Part shown: piece after piece, positions 48,763 to 48,883 of the stretch
Numbering within the stretch: position 1 is the stretch's first letter
How the letters are laid out: each line of letters starts with the position of its first letter
Source of the DNA: Candidatus Bipolaricaulia bacterium
Lineage (GTDB): Bacteria; Bipolaricaulota; Bipolaricaulia; M55B111
Assembly (NCBI GenBank): GCA_042218715.1
Contig: JBDGQU010000097.1
Span: 1-48,883, forward strand
Length of the DNA: 48,883 bases
Direction: 5' to 3'
Position numbers and translations under genes: made by a program
The notes under the pieces: model-generated
Database searches by the model: none
What the model saw: only the letters and a program-made list of their open reading frames with translations
Told to the model about the DNA's origin: nothing

Positions 48763-48883
48763 CTTTTAGCTTCGGACTAACTGGTTTTAGCCCTCCATGA
48801 AATAAAGCCAAAAAGAGTTGGCGGTTACTGGTCGTATACTAGTTCCTGCACTTAAGTTTCTCTGGTAATTGTTCGAGAAAACC

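Overview
This 48.9-kb window is bacterial chromosome made almost entirely of conserved housekeeping loci. I saw no transposase, integrase, phage, CRISPR or rRNA genes. All assignments come from motif and synteny recognition by eye; no searches were run.

Gene order, left to right:
- rluB-like, DUF2007-like and pcm genes (minus strand).
- An M42 peptidase coupled to an unknown 394-aa protein.
- The hrcA-grpE-dnaK-dnaJ operon (minus strand) with a CIRCE operator.
- An Opp/Dpp-type substrate-binding protein plus two permeases, with no ATPase genes.
- An EF-G paralog, CBS-domain protein and YjbQ operon.
- The classical block tRNA-Thr/Tyr/Thr, tuf, rpmG, tRNA-Trp, secE, nusG, rplK, rplA, rplJ, rplL, rpoB.
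- Nudix, MBL and priA where rpoC normally sits.
- A three-gene envelope module: an S8 protease with a T9SS-type C-terminal domain, a PorV/FadL-like barrel, and a 1311-aa outer-membrane protein containing a beta-propeller.
- GDP-mannose genes (manC, PGI/PMI), a free-Met-sulfoxide reductase GAF protein, Tpt1/KptA, GGT and pterin dehydratase.
- An anaerobe-type cluster: flavodiiron protein, ferredoxin, superoxide reductase, a Cys-rich small protein, and 2-oxoacid:ferredoxin oxidoreductase alpha and beta.
- tRNA-Pro and tdk.

The organism looks like a diderm anaerobe: outer-membrane proteins end in Phe, and SOR, FDP and OFOR genes are present. Its NusG carries a Thermotoga-like domain insertion, so it may belong to an uncultivated lineage, but I cannot assign it.

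Observations most worth follow-up:
1. The cargo / PorV-like / giant-OMP operon at 29.6-36.8 kb.
2. A dispersed ~180-205-bp intergenic long-hairpin repeat family, with three full copies and one truncated copy.
3. A PriA whose helicase catalytic motifs are all degenerate.
4. rpoB without an adjacent rpoC.
5. An EF-G paralog lacking the catalytic histidine.

I found no convincing evidence of a defence-type or mobile novel system in this window.
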